Virus record (IMG/VR): IMGVR_UViG_3300020576_004709
Coordinates: 1 to 64,000 of that record
Length of the DNA: 64,000 nt
Strand: one strand, 5' to 3'
DNA from: a virus
Lineage: Duplodnaviria > Caudoviricetes
Positions 9,074-18,194 of this stretch are shown in pieces (positions within the stretch are counted from its first letter, which is position 1; each line of letters opens with the position of its first letter). Both the position numbers and the translations under genes were made by a program. Under the pieces are notes generated by a model that saw only the letters and a list, made by a program, of their open reading frames with translations, made no database searches and was not told the DNA's origin.

Positions 9074-10076
9074 CTTCGTAGCCCTCGTTCCATGCGTTGT
9101 GGGATTTCTGGCCTTCGAAGTACGGGTTATCGCCGAGGGCCTTGCCGTCCTTGAACGCCTTCATCCCTTCGGCCTTCCAGTCGGTTTCGGTCTCGACCGG
9201 TGCCGGGTCGCCGGGCTTGTCGGTCTTGCTATTCTTGCCGCCGCTCTTGGCCTTCGGCTTGGCCTTGCCCTTCGACTTCGCCGCGGGCTTCTTGCCGCCC
9301 TTCGCCGACGGGTCTCGGTAGATGCCGGCGATCTCGGCCATCTTCTCCTTCGCAAACTCCTCGCCGAGTCCGCCGTTGTTCCACTTCTCCCAAAAGACGA
9401 GTTCGAGGGCCGACCACTTGTTCGCCGCCTCCGGCCCGATTCCCTTCACGTCGGCGAGCTTCCGCGTCCAGCCGTTGCCGGGGCTGATGAACGCTTGGAG
9501 GTCGCCCATCGTCTTGACCGGCTTCACGCCGCCCGATTCGCCCTTGATCTGCGGCGAGAGCATCGCCTTGACGATCTTCTCGATGACTTTTGGCTTGTCG
9601 GTGAACTTGGTGAACCGGTCCAGCGGGAAGTGCATCCAGGCGTCCTTGTGAACGCCCTTCTCGTCGTACTCGGGCTTGTCCATGCCCATCGATCCGGCGA
9701 CGCTCTTGACGATGTCGGCGGCCTTCTTCGCGTTCGCCTTGAGCGTCTTCGCGTCCTCCTTCCGCTCTATCGGCGTGGTGAGCGTTTCCTGCGGCGGCTT
9801 GCCGTAGCCCCGGCTGCGCTCGCGGCCGTAGTTCTTGTAGTTGGTGTTGGCCGCCGCGAACTCGGCGCGGAGGGCCTTCGCCACTTCGACCGAGTCCTCG
9901 AACTTCTTTTCGAGCTTGTCCAGGTCGATGAGCATCTTCCGCTCGGTCATGGCCGTGACGCGGTCGTATTCGAGCCAGTATTCCGGCTTCTCCCATTCCT
10001 TGAGTTCCTTGCCCTTCTTCCCGGCCTTCGACGCCGGTTTTGCCTTCGTCGCGGCCTTCGGTTTCGCCTTTGCCAT
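9000..10076 (-). CDS. hypothetical protein with Lys/Ala-rich tails, an HhH-like motif and a C-terminal Rmf-like motif
   Basis: MAKAKPKAATKAK..., KLADVKGIGPEAANK, EGMKAFKDGKALGDNPY...AWNEGYEDG. Confidence 0.75.
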   Translation of the reverse strand: MAKAKPKAATKAKPASKAGKKGKELKEWEKPEYWLEYDRVTAMTERKMLIDLDKLEKKFEDSVEVAKALRAEFAAANTNYKNYGRERSRGYGKPPQETLTTPIERKEDAKTLKANAKKAADIVKSVAGSMGMDKPEYDEKGVHKDAWMHFPLDRFTKFTDKPKVIEKIVKAMLSPQIKGESGGVKPVKTMGDLQAFISPGNGWTRKLADVKGIGPEAANKWSALELVFWEKWNNGGLGEEFAKEKMAEIAGIYRDPSAKGGKKPAAKSKGKAKPKAKSGGKNSKTDKPGDPAPVETETDWKAEGMKAFKDGKALGDNPYFEGQKSHNAWNEGYEDGRLESEIRKDPSETADELAGSAA

Positions 10077-10156
10077 CGGTCCGATCCTCCCGTTCGAATC
10101 GCGGTCGCCGCCGGGGAGTCCGGCGGGCGAATTTGCGATCCTAAAGATTGCGATTC

Positions 10157-10184
10157 ATAATAGGCGGGGTATTACGATTGTCAA
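10157..10184 (-). promoter_or_regulatory. sigma70-type promoter
   Basis: TTGACA-16 nt-TATTAT on the minus strand, upstream of 9000..10076. Confidence 0.6.
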
Positions 10185-10460
10185 TCAATCGCCGTTCCGC
10201 TGCCGGAAGTGCTTCCGCATGTTGTCGTGGATCTCCTCGACGGCCTTCCGCGCGACGTCCCGCACGCGGTTGATGTTGGCCGTGCTCGAAACCGTGTTGA
10301 GGGCCTTGTACGCCTCGATCACTTCCTTTTGCGTCTCCTTCGAGAGGAAGTTCCAGTGGTAGCCGCAGGCCACGTTGCCGAGGGGCACTTCGGTGTGGCA
10401 ACCGCCCACCTTGCAGTTCGTGGACGTGCCGGCCATGCGCTTCGGCTTGATGATGCTCAT
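10185..10460 (-). CDS. hypothetical protein with Cys/His motif (91 aa)
   Basis: MSIIKPKR...CKVGGC...ACGYHW; AAGGAG upstream. Confidence 0.65.
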   Translation of the reverse strand: MSIIKPKRMAGTSTNCKVGGCHTEVPLGNVACGYHWNFLSKETQKEVIEAYKALNTVSSTANINRVRDVARKAVEEIHDNMRKHFRQRNGD

Positions 10461-11023
10461 CGAGCAGACTCCTTGTAATCCGGGAAAAGACTTCGAAACC
10501 GCGAGAGGAACAACTGCTTCGCGACGCGCGGATTCCACGCTTCGATCCTCTCCGGGAGCGTCGTAACCCGTTCCGTGCTGATCCACGGAATCGGCGGGGT
10601 TGCCATCAGGTCGCGGCGCTCGGTCGCGAGCATGACGAGGTCGATTTCCTTGACGCAATCCGGCATCGGCCAGGCGAGGCCGAACTTCGCGTTGATGATT
10701 TCGGATAGATGATCTTCGATCTCGCGGAAGCCGGCGAGCATGCGCTTGACCGGCCGCGCGACGTCCGGCAAGTACGCCTCGCTCGCGTCGTGCATCAGCG
10801 CCTGCCTCGGGTCGCCGGGGCAATGGTACGAGCAGAGCACGGAGTGCTGCGCGACGCTGTAGAAGCTCTTCGTGTGGCCGGTGTAGCGGCACTTCATCGC
10901 CAGCGCGTGGGCGATGTCCTCGATGCAGATGTCGGCCGGGTCGGGATTCAGGGGCCAGAACTGTTTGCCGGTGAAAGTTTGAATCCACGTCCGGCTACAG
11001 CGGGGCGGCAGTTCTCTCGTCAC
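10457..11023 (-). CDS. HD-domain phosphohydrolase (YfbR-like 5'-deoxynucleotidase)
   Basis: WIQTFTG...IEDIAHALAMKCRYTGH...YSVAQHSV...ALMHDASEAYL.D...P.K. Confidence 0.88.
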   Translation of the reverse strand: MTRELPPRCSRTWIQTFTGKQFWPLNPDPADICIEDIAHALAMKCRYTGHTKSFYSVAQHSVLCSYHCPGDPRQALMHDASEAYLPDVARPVKRMLAGFREIEDHLSEIINAKFGLAWPMPDCVKEIDLVMLATERRDLMATPPIPWISTERVTTLPERIEAWNPRVAKQLFLSRFRSLFPDYKESAR

Positions 11024-11328
11024 GGGTTTTCCTTTCCGCAGTCTTGGCAGACCGGCGTTGACTCGGCCGTTCCGCGCTTGATGGTGTCGTGCTTGCAATA
11101 CTGCTGCAAATGGACCCACTTCTTCTGAATCTCGACCATTGCCTGAGCGTGTCGGCGGTTCTCGTCCTCGGTCTCCCTGCGGAGCTTCAAGGCTCGATCC
11201 TCGAACTCCTCGGCAACTCGCATCTCTCCGCTGATCCAGTTCGCCCACCCGCCGCTGCCGGGATCGTAGGGGCAACGCTTGGCGATTCGTTCGAACAGAT
11301 CGGCCGCGGACCTTTTCATGGTTAACAC
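11020..11328 (-). CDS. hypothetical protein (coiled coil, C-terminal C-H..CxxC)
   Basis: YCKHD...CQDCG; overlaps its neighbours. Confidence 0.6.
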   Translation of the reverse strand: MLTMKRSAADLFERIAKRCPYDPGSGGWANWISGEMRVAEEFEDRALKLRRETEDENRRHAQAMVEIQKKWVHLQQYCKHDTIKRGTAESTPVCQDCGKENP

Positions 11329-11987
11329 CCCTCGCAGTCGCAGGTGGATCGTTCGTCATCGACCAATTTCTTGGAATCGCGGAAGTAGTAACCGCAGTTG
11401 TTGCAGTAATTCAGGTGCTCACACGGTCCGCTGTAGTCGATGTCTTGGGGGAAGAAATCTTTGCACTTCGAGCACCAGATACAAGGATGATCGTCGTATC
11501 CCGGCGAAACCTCGAACGGGTTGCGCGTTTTGCCACCGGAATCAGCCTTCAATAGCTTCGGTTGAGCCAAGAACCGATAGCCTTTTTTTTCGATTTGTGA
11601 TCGACTCGCAGCAACTTGAACCCATTTATTTCCGCGATTGACAAGCCGAAATATTTTCACATCTTCGGCAAGCCATATGTCGCATATCCAGCCGACGGGA
11701 CTACTGCAAAAGCAGTATTCGAGTGGATCTCCACCGAAGCCGGAATTGTGGTAGAAGAGAGCGCCCCAATCCTTGCTCCAATTGAAGTCGTATTGCTTGG
11801 CTGCGGTCCCGCTCGGCTTGTCACGTCCGGGGACGAACCACGGCTTCTTAGAGTTGTCCCAATGCTCTTCGGTTGTGACCGCGTGCGGCTTCCCGCCCAT
11901 GTATTCGATCGCAACGATTCGCTCGGGTTTGTCGACGTCGGGACGCCAAATGCCGCGCCGTTTTTCGGAATTTATGATAGCGTTCAA
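11322..11987 (-). CDS. hypothetical protein with Cys-rich C-terminus, lower GC than neighbours
   Basis: TTG start after GAGGT; CIWCSKC, CEHLNYCNNC, CDCEGC. Confidence 0.6.
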   Translation of the reverse strand: MNAIINSEKRRGIWRPDVDKPERIVAIEYMGGKPHAVTTEEHWDNSKKPWFVPGRDKPSGTAAKQYDFNWSKDWGALFYHNSGFGGDPLEYCFCSSPVGWICDIWLAEDVKIFRLVNRGNKWVQVAASRSQIEKKGYRFLAQPKLLKADSGGKTRNPFEVSPGYDDHPCIWCSKCKDFFPQDIDYSGPCEHLNYCNNCGYYFRDSKKLVDDERSTCDCEGC

Positions 11988-12229
11988 AGTGTCACCTCGA
12001 TCGCGTTGCGGATGAACCAACTCCCGTCGCCCTTCAAGTGCTCGATGATCCGGGGGAGCACGTTGGCCTTCCAGCTTTGCGCGGTCGACCAGACTTCGGA
12101 GTTGATGTCGTACACCGACCCCTGACCGGACTCGCCGGCCGCGTACCCGATCCAGTTGGTTCGCCGGTAGGCCGCGCCGACCGGTACGCCAGGTTCGAGC
12201 CACGTCCCGCCGATCTGGACGAAGGCCAA
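11984..12229 (-). CDS. hypothetical protein (81 aa)
   Basis: Packed between neighbours; TTG start. Confidence 0.5.
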   Translation of the reverse strand: MAFVQIGGTWLEPGVPVGAAYRRTNWIGYAAGESGQGSVYDINSEVWSTAQSWKANVLPRIIEHLKGDGSWFIRNAIEVTL

Positions 12230-12232
12230 GCC

Positions 12233-12472
12233 TTAGGCCGGAAGTTGCTGCTTGCCGTCGACGATCGGCGTCTTCCGGTGCATCACCCCGGCCGTGCGGA
12301 GCGCGAAGAACATATCCGTCGGGTTGCACCACTGCTGCTTCGGGAACTTCGGGAAGAAGCTCCGGCACTGCATGATGGGCCGGCCGACGACGGCGGCGAA
12401 CGCGGCGGGGCCGCACGTCGCCTTCCAGGCGGTGTAGGCTTTTGCGATGTCGCTCGGGGCAAACAGCTTCAT
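12233..12472 (-). CDS. hypothetical protein (79 aa, MKLFAPSDIAKAY...)
   Basis: ATG overlaps the upstream stop; TCGPAAFA segment. Confidence 0.55.
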   Translation of the reverse strand: MKLFAPSDIAKAYTAWKATCGPAAFAAVVGRPIMQCRSFFPKFPKQQWCNPTDMFFALRTAGVMHRKTPIVDGKQQLPA

Positions 12473-12732
12473 GATCGTGATCCGCCCATCAGGTTCGGGA
12501 ACAGCGCGTCGACGATCTTGACGAGGTCGCTTTCGTAGGTCCAGAGAATCGCGTCGGGAACGGTGTAGCCGCCTTCGGATTCCCAACCGTTGACCGTCCG
12601 CGTCAGCAGCACGATCCGGTCGACCATCGGCTCGCGGAGTTTGTTCAGGTCGCGTTCTCGAACGATCATCACCAGGCGTTCGCCGATCGCGCAGACCGGA
12701 TCGCACTCGTCCGGCGTCATCCAGCGGGCCAT
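12469..12732 (-). CDS. hypothetical protein (87 aa)
   Basis: Coupled arrangement; AAGGA upstream. Confidence 0.6.
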   Translation of the reverse strand: MARWMTPDECDPVCAIGERLVMIVRERDLNKLREPMVDRIVLLTRTVNGWESEGGYTVPDAILWTYESDLVKIVDALFPNLMGGSRS

Positions 12733-12733
12733 G

Positions 12734-13285
12734 CTATTTTCCTTTCTGCGCTTGCTCGCGCGCGGCTTCGAGGAACGCTGCGTTCAACTTCGGAGAGGTC
12801 GGCGGGCGAACCTCGGCCACGGTCTCGGTCGGGAATGCCTTCGCCGACAACTCGCCCGGTTTCAACGGCTCGGCCTCGGCATTCGCCTTTTCCATCAACA
12901 GTCGCCGTTCGGTCTGCTCGGCGTCGGCCTTCACCCACTTCAACCGGGCTTCCACCCTGCTCGCCAGGATCGCGGTGACGTCGCCGGGAAACTTCGCCGA
13001 GGCTCGAACTGCGGGGGCCATCATCGAATAGATGATGTCCCGCGCGTCCTTGATCGTCAGGTGATGCAGGTCGACCCACATCCGAATCAGGCCGGCGATT
13101 TCGAGCGGCGATGCGTGCAGGCTCGAATAGCAGACCCAAAGACGCCAGACGTCGTGCCGGAGCGCGAACGGGGCGATGTTCACCGGCTTCAACTCGACTT
13201 CGCCGCGGTGCTTCTCGTCGTGGTCCAAGGCGCCGGCCTCGGCCTTCGGGTCGATGATCGCGCTGGACGGGTATTCAGAAGCCAC
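12734..13285 (-). CDS. hypothetical protein following the replication initiator (helicase loader/inhibitor position)
   Basis: GTG start after GGAGG; lies directly downstream of the DUF1376 gene. Confidence 0.6.
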   Translation of the reverse strand: MASEYPSSAIIDPKAEAGALDHDEKHRGEVELKPVNIAPFALRHDVWRLWVCYSSLHASPLEIAGLIRMWVDLHHLTIKDARDIIYSMMAPAVRASAKFPGDVTAILASRVEARLKWVKADAEQTERRLLMEKANAEAEPLKPGELSAKAFPTETVAEVRPPTSPKLNAAFLEAAREQAQKGK

Positions 13286-14096
13286 TTTCGCCTCCTCCGC
13301 TCGTGGGTGCCATCCTTTTCGCGTACTGGTCGAACGCCTCGCCCTTCGTCGTCGGCCGGCCGTTCTTCGAAACGGGGACGTCGGCCGGCACCTTCTCGGG
13401 GAACAGACCTTGCCACCCGTTGCGGATGGAAGCCTCGATCGCCGCGACCGCGACGGACGATCCGAACGCGGCCAGGCGTTTCAACTGCGTCCTCGCGCCG
13501 CGGTCTGTGTACGGCTTGATGCGCTTGTCCTTCCGCTCGGACAGCCATTCCGCCCAGGCGACGCGGAACGCTTCGGTGTCGAGTTCCGGCGGAAAGGGGG
13601 TAAGGGGGTTTTCTTCTGTCTTTACCTTTGAAGACGAAGAAGAAGACGAAGAAGAAGAGTTCGCATTTGGTTCAGGTTTGGTTCGAACCAAAGGCGAACC
13701 ATTTTCGAACGGTGGTTCGTTTCCGTTTTGCTTGTCATTACTCGATTTGCGCCGTGACTCGCCGGATTTACGTCCGGCCGACGCGCTCTTTTCCCGCCAT
13801 TCGACCCGTTCCGACCACAGTTCGAGGAGCCGTTTGTTGGTCAAGTAGCCCGGTTTGGACGGGTGCGCAACGAAGCAATCGCGAACCAAACGCGAACCAT
13901 TTGTGAACCAACCTTCGGCCAGACCGGAGAGCCGCGCGAGGGCCTGTTCCTCGTCGGGGATCGCCGCCTCTTGGCTCGCCCAACAGTAGCAAAGGAGGCG
14001 CAAGTACGCCCCCTGTTGCTCAAGGGTCATGCAGGCCGTCCGTGGCGAGCTGAGCCAGTCGTTGACGTAGAACGGCATGGCAGGGTCTTTTGCCAT
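13275..14096 (-). CDS. DUF1376 (YdaU-like) phage replication initiator
   Basis: MPFYVNDWL..T..MT.EQ.GAY.RLL...W, YLTNKRL..., EWR.KS..AGRKSG..RR, poly-Ser linker, C-terminal W.EW..R...NGWQG.F. Confidence 0.85.
   Translation of the reverse strand: MAKDPAMPFYVNDWLSSPRTACMTLEQQGAYLRLLCYCWASQEAAIPDEEQALARLSGLAEGWFTNGSRLVRDCFVAHPSKPGYLTNKRLLELWSERVEWREKSASAGRKSGESRRKSSNDKQNGNEPPFENGSPLVRTKPEPNANSSSSSSSSSSKVKTEENPLTPFPPELDTEAFRVAWAEWLSERKDKRIKPYTDRGARTQLKRLAAFGSSVAVAAIEASIRNGWQGLFPEKVPADVPVSKNGRPTTKGEAFDQYAKRMAPTSGGGESGF
13659..13917. repeat. iteron-like TGGTTCG/CGAACCA repeat clusters inside the initiator gene (putative origin)
   Basis: GTTCGCATTTGGTTCAGGTTTGGTTCGAACCAAAGGCGAACCATTTTCGAAC (13659-13710) and GCGAACCAAACGCGAACCATTTGTGAACCAACCTTCG (13881-13917), about 10-11 bp period. 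Confidence 0.7.
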
Positions 14097-14156
14097 CGTT
14101 TCCTCGGGAGCGTTGGGCACGGCCGACTCCGCGGCGGGTGGGGACAGATCCGGCGA

Positions 14157-15404
14157 TTACTGCGGCGGGGCCTCGCGGCCGATCTCTTCGAGGTAGAGAA
14201 CGACGGCCTTCTTGCCGGATTCGAGCGACTTGTCGTTGAAGCGAGCGATCGGCGCGTTCTCCGCGACTCCCGCGCCGCGACGCGCGATGGCAACGATGGA
14301 GCCGGCGACGTGCTTGGGATCTTTCTTGACGAGGTCCGCTTCGATGCTATCCAGCAGCTTGGAGAAATCGACTGACCCATCGCAGGCCGAGACGGACTTG
14401 GCCGCGCCCTTGAGGTAGTCGGCGAACGAAGGCACGACTTCGCCATCGGCCTCGATAACTTCGCCCTGACCGGCCGACTTCGAATTGTCCATCCGCCGGC
14501 GAAGGTCGCCGCTCGTGCCAGCGCCCGCATTCTTCGATTCGCCGCCGTCCGTCTCGTCGTCCGTGCCAATCAACAGCGGTACGGACTCCTGAGTCGGGAG
14601 TAGCTCGCCCCGCTCGCTCGCCTCGTCGACCGCGACGGCTTGGGCGAGCGCCTGAAACTCGACCGAAGACGGCAGCAACTTCGAGATGCGGCGGATGATC
14701 GTCTTCCACGCCATCCAGTGGAACCCGTTGTAGGGCACGGGGACGCCGTTCTCCGGCTCGTCGATGTCGTACCAGGGCGAGTTGTCCCGGACGCTGGCCG
14801 GCGCGTTGCGGGCCATGCAGTAGCGATTGCGGAACGCGATGGCATCTTCGAGCGTGATGACGTCGAAGGTGCTTCCGAATACCGTCTTCACGACGACGTA
14901 GTACAGTTCGACCAATCCCCGGTCGCCCCGCGCCTCCTTGTGATCGAGGAACGACCCCGTCCCCCGCTTGTATTCGAATGCGTCCTTCGCCTTCACCAGG
15001 CCGGGTTCGATGGACGTGATCTTGCCCGACCGCCAAGCGAGGTCGGCGAGGCCCTTGTAGCCGATGACGAGCGTGGCTTGATCGACGCCGGCCTTCTTCG
15101 AGCCGAATGGTAGCAGGTAGGCGTGTCCCTGCTGGCCGCCGATTTCGAGGCCGAGGCGGGACGCTTCGAGGCACGCGCCGAAGAGGCTGATCGGCGAGCA
15201 GCCCATCAACTTCGGCGTCTTCTGACAGGTGAGGATGAGCGCCCGGACCATCTTCGCGCCTTGCCCCTGCATGAGTTTGGGCAGCGACTTGTTGATCTGG
15301 TCGACGAGCATCGAGCCGAGCTTTTCGAGGCCGTTCTTGTCGGTGGGCTTTTCCCAATCAACTTTGGCGACGGCCTTCGTCTGAGTCGCGGGTGCGGTGG
15401 CCAT
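14157..15404 (-). CDS. recT: RecT-family single-strand annealing protein
   Basis: CSPISLFGACL.AS.LGL...GHAYLLPF...IGYKGL.DLA.RSG...MA.KTIIRR.SK.LP.S.E. Confidence 0.92.
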   Translation of the reverse strand: MATAPATQTKAVAKVDWEKPTDKNGLEKLGSMLVDQINKSLPKLMQGQGAKMVRALILTCQKTPKLMGCSPISLFGACLEASRLGLEIGGQQGHAYLLPFGSKKAGVDQATLVIGYKGLADLAWRSGKITSIEPGLVKAKDAFEYKRGTGSFLDHKEARGDRGLVELYYVVVKTVFGSTFDVITLEDAIAFRNRYCMARNAPASVRDNSPWYDIDEPENGVPVPYNGFHWMAWKTIIRRISKLLPSSVEFQALAQAVAVDEASERGELLPTQESVPLLIGTDDETDGGESKNAGAGTSGDLRRRMDNSKSAGQGEVIEADGEVVPSFADYLKGAAKSVSACDGSVDFSKLLDSIEADLVKKDPKHVAGSIVAIARRGAGVAENAPIARFNDKSLESGKKAVVLYLEEIGREAPPQ

Positions 15405-15405
15405 G

Positions 15406-16254
15406 TTATTTTTCTTCCTTCTTGGTGAAACGGAGTGAGAGGACGTTGTTCTTGTTGACGCTTCGACGGATTTTCCAGTCGCCGCAGCGGGCGACTTCCA
15501 CGGTTCCCATTGCCTGTTGAATCGAGAGCTTCAACGGCTCAATCGCGGCTTCGGCCTCCTTCGCGATGTCCTTCAACCTCTGGAGTTCGTCCAGCGGCTC
15601 GCGCCATTCCTCGCCGAGCAATACCGCCTTGTCGCGCTGGACGATCCGCCGGAGGTATTCGTCCTTGAACTGATCCTCCCATTGGGGACCGGGCGGGCGG
15701 CGGGCCTCAACCATACCCCAAAACCGCTTCTCGATCGACGTCAGCCACTCGAAGAAATCCGGGTCGAAGTTGATCCGGTAAATCCTGAGCTTCCAGTTCG
15801 TCAATTCGAACGCGGCGATGTCCATGTGGTCGCACCCGCCGCGGACGCCCATCTGGTGCTGTCCCTGCGTCCAATACTTCTCGGGGACGTAGGACGTGAA
15901 CGGCTCGCCCCACTCGTCGTTCCAGAAGAGCACCGTCTTGATCTCGGTGTACCGCTCGTCGAGGCCGATGAAGTCCGGGTTCGAAATCTGCCAGGGGTTT
16001 TCCTTCGAGGTCACGAACCCGGCCGGCCGGAGTTCGGTTCCCATTTCCTCGGCGTATTTCTTGGCGACGATCGGTTCGAGGTCGATCCCCCGTTGCAAGA
16101 AGCCCTCGATTCGGTTGACCGGGTCCGGGTCGATCTTCGAGTTGTAGACGTCCAACGCGCTCTGGTAGCCGATGCCGATGATGCTGGCCGCGTCCGAACT
16201 CCCGATTCCCTTCTGGCGCTGCCGGAGCCAGTCTTTGCGTTCCGCTTCATTCAC
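15406..16254 (-). CDS. YqaJ-family viral recombinase exonuclease
   Basis: WL..RQKGIGSSDAA.I.G...G.DLEP.VA..Y...NPD...EIKT...Y.TQ.QHQM; adjacent to recT. Confidence 0.92.
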   Translation of the reverse strand: MNEAERKDWLRQRQKGIGSSDAASIIGIGYQSALDVYNSKIDPDPVNRIEGFLQRGIDLEPIVAKKYAEEMGTELRPAGFVTSKENPWQISNPDFIGLDERYTEIKTVLFWNDEWGEPFTSYVPEKYWTQGQHQMGVRGGCDHMDIAAFELTNWKLRIYRINFDPDFFEWLTSIEKRFWGMVEARRPPGPQWEDQFKDEYLRRIVQRDKAVLLGEEWREPLDELQRLKDIAKEAEAAIEPLKLSIQQAMGTVEVARCGDWKIRRSVNKNNVLSLRFTKKEEK

Positions 16255-16913
16255 GGTGACACCGCCTTTTCTTTCATCCAGGATTCGAGCAGGCCGCGTT
16301 CCTCTTCTTTCACGCTGTACAGTCCGTCCGTGCAGGGCAATCCTTCGACCACCTGCGCGTAGCAGGCATAGGCCGTGAGGCAGACTTCCCCACACAGTCC
16401 GTAGCGGTTGGCAAGGTGCCGGACGAGTCGCAAGGCCAACTCGGGAAGTTGCCCCTGCGGAGTCACCATCATTTGTTGGGCGCGGGCAACCGCGTCGGGT
16501 TTCGGCAGGGTTTCGACCGGCTCGGCGAATGCGTCGTCGAACGCGCCGAGGACGGCGTTGACGTGGTCGTTGTCGAAATCCTGAAACTGATCCCGGTTGT
16601 GCAAGGCGGCATCGCGGAACTTGATTATCGCGGATTCAAGGTAAACGATGCGCTTGATGGCCTTCTTGAGATTGTCGCTGTCGGGTTCACCGTTGAGTAG
16701 CCGGTCGATGAATTCCGGTGCCGGGTGGAGGATCTCCGGCGGCATCTTGCCCAGGCCCGGTTGGTGGCCGGCGTTGCAAGCCTTGCAGATGTTGAGGGCC
16801 TCTTGGAGCGTGTACCGCCCGGCCGAGTTGCCCGATTTGTAATAGCCCTTGCGATCCGGTCCCCACCAACCGAAATGCTCGGTGGACCAGACGAGCCAGT
16901 CTTTCCCGTTCAT
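16251..16913 (-). CDS. hypothetical protein (220 aa)
   Basis: WLVWS.EH..WW.P.R.GY....AGRYT..EA pattern common in phage proteins. Confidence 0.65.
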   Translation of the reverse strand: MNGKDWLVWSTEHFGWWGPDRKGYYKSGNSAGRYTLQEALNICKACNAGHQPGLGKMPPEILHPAPEFIDRLLNGEPDSDNLKKAIKRIVYLESAIIKFRDAALHNRDQFQDFDNDHVNAVLGAFDDAFAEPVETLPKPDAVARAQQMMVTPQGQLPELALRLVRHLANRYGLCGEVCLTAYACYAQVVEGLPCTDGLYSVKEEERGLLESWMKEKAVSP

Positions 16914-17248
16914 GATTCGCGCCCCTCGTCTTGCGAAAGGTGAATCTCGTCCCGGATGTCGCGGCCGCACGCGCGGCAGCGGTCGGGGTTTTCCGAACCG
17001 GCGATGTGACTGTGCCGCGGCCGAGCGTACTCGAATACCGCGATGATGGTTTCGTTCAGGTTGTCGAAGTCCACCATGACGCGGTGGATCTGGAACGAGT
17101 GGAGCTTGTAACCGCGCTGGCGGTTCACTTCGATGACGTTCTCGAAGAGCGTGTTGATGGTGTCGCCCAACGTGACCGGCTGCATCGGCTCGCCCGGCTT
17201 CGGTCGACACCAGTTTTTCGAGATTTCGGCGACGATCATCTTGGCCAC
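16910..17248 (-). CDS. hypothetical protein (112 aa)
   Basis: AAGGA upstream; MIVAEISKNW...FE.VIEVN.QRGY.LHSF; C-terminal H...CxxC...H. Confidence 0.65.
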   Translation of the reverse strand: MAKMIVAEISKNWCRPKPGEPMQPVTLGDTINTLFENVIEVNRQRGYKLHSFQIHRVMVDFDNLNETIIAVFEYARPRHSHIAGSENPDRCRACGRDIRDEIHLSQDEGRES

Positions 17249-17287
17249 GGTTCACCATTCCTTTGAGTGGAGTTGTTCGCCCGTCAA

Positions 17288-17316
17288 GTTCTACAACCGG
17301 CATTCGCCTATGACAA
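17288..17316 (-). promoter_or_regulatory. putative leftward early promoter
   Basis: TTGTCA-17 nt-TAGAAC on the minus strand, upstream of the recombination/replication operon. Confidence 0.45.
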
Positions 17317-17356
17317 TCGTAAATTTATGTAAAAAGCAATTTCGATTGCGGAAACG

Positions 17357-17383
17357 AAAAAACCCCCGGCAACGAGCCGGGGG
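17357..17383 (-). terminator. intrinsic terminator
   Basis: CCCCCGGC-TCGTT-GCCGGGGG-TTTTTT on the minus strand. Confidence 0.8.
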
Positions 17384-17424
17384 CCATATCCCTTATCCGA
17401 GGTTCGACTTTGCCCTCCTTTGCA

Positions 17425-17784
17425 CTAGGGTTTGGAGGATTTCTTCGCCGCCTCGCAGGCCGCGCACGGCGCGGCCGACCGCCCGACGGTCAACGGGACC
17501 GCCAGGACCGCCGCCGGCATGGCCCGCGCCCGGCCGGCGAACTTCGATGTCTCGACGTGCGACGTCGTCGTCTTGGTCGTGACGACGGTCTCGGCGTGCG
17601 AGTGGTAGGCGGGGGCGGCCGCGAACAGGCCGAATCCGAACCGGCTGTTCGCCCGCTTCTCCTGCCGACTCTCTTGGCGTTGCTGCTGCCGCTCGGCCGC
17701 GTTCGCGAACAGTCCGTCGCACGCGCCCGACACGGCCGGGAAGCCCGCCATCAACACCGCCACGAGTACCAGATTCCGCAACAT
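17425..17784 (-). CDS. small secreted protein with signal peptide
   Basis: MLRNLVLVAVLMAGFPAVSGA-CDGLF...; GGAGG upstream. Confidence 0.7.
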   Translation of the reverse strand: MLRNLVLVAVLMAGFPAVSGACDGLFANAAERQQQRQESRQEKRANSRFGFGLFAAAPAYHSHAETVVTTKTTTSHVETSKFAGRARAMPAAVLAVPLTVGRSAAPCAACEAAKKSSKP

Positions 17785-17865
17785 GGATCGCCCTCCTAAT
17801 CGAATCCGGCCGGACAACCGCGCCCGGCCCGTCACTTCGTTTTACTGCCCGCCCCGCCAACGAAT

Positions 17866-17894
17866 TTGAAAAAAGCCCGGCGGATCGCTATAGT
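17866..17894 (+). promoter_or_regulatory. sigma70-type promoter for the XRE/tRNA unit
   Basis: TTGAAA-17 nt-TATAGT. Confidence 0.7.
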
Positions 17895-17927
17895 TCTCGT
17901 GGGGTCAACCATTTAGGAAACGAAACT

Positions 17928-18185
17928 ATGCCAACTCGAAAGCCACCCGCGAAGAAATCCGAGAAGAGGCCGAACAAAACCTACGCGGCGCTTATCAAGA
18001 TCATGAAGGCCAGCGGCATGAACGGGATGGACTACCACCGCAAGACCGGAATCCACCAGTCCACCATCAGCCAGGCGTTGAACGGCCACCGCTGCCGTCC
18101 GTCCGCCGAGTTCTTCGCCAGCATCGCGAAGGCCAGCGGCATCACGGCCGAGGAGTTCGGCAAGCTGATGTACAAGTGCGTTTGA
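17928..18185 (+). CDS. XRE-family HTH transcriptional regulator (repressor-like)
   Basis: MKASGMNGMDYHRKTGIHQSTISQALNG...PSAEFFASIAKA.G. Confidence 0.8.
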   Translation: MPTRKPPAKKSEKRPNKTYAALIKIMKASGMNGMDYHRKTGIHQSTISQALNGHRCRPSAEFFASIAKASGITAEEFGKLMYKCV

Positions 18186-18194
18186 CGCGACCAT

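Noticed and set aside
10457-11023. HD hydrolase as DatZ of a Z-genome (2-aminoadenine) pathway
   Set aside because: No PurZ, MazZ or phage DNA polymerase seen in the window; YfbR-like HD proteins are common alone
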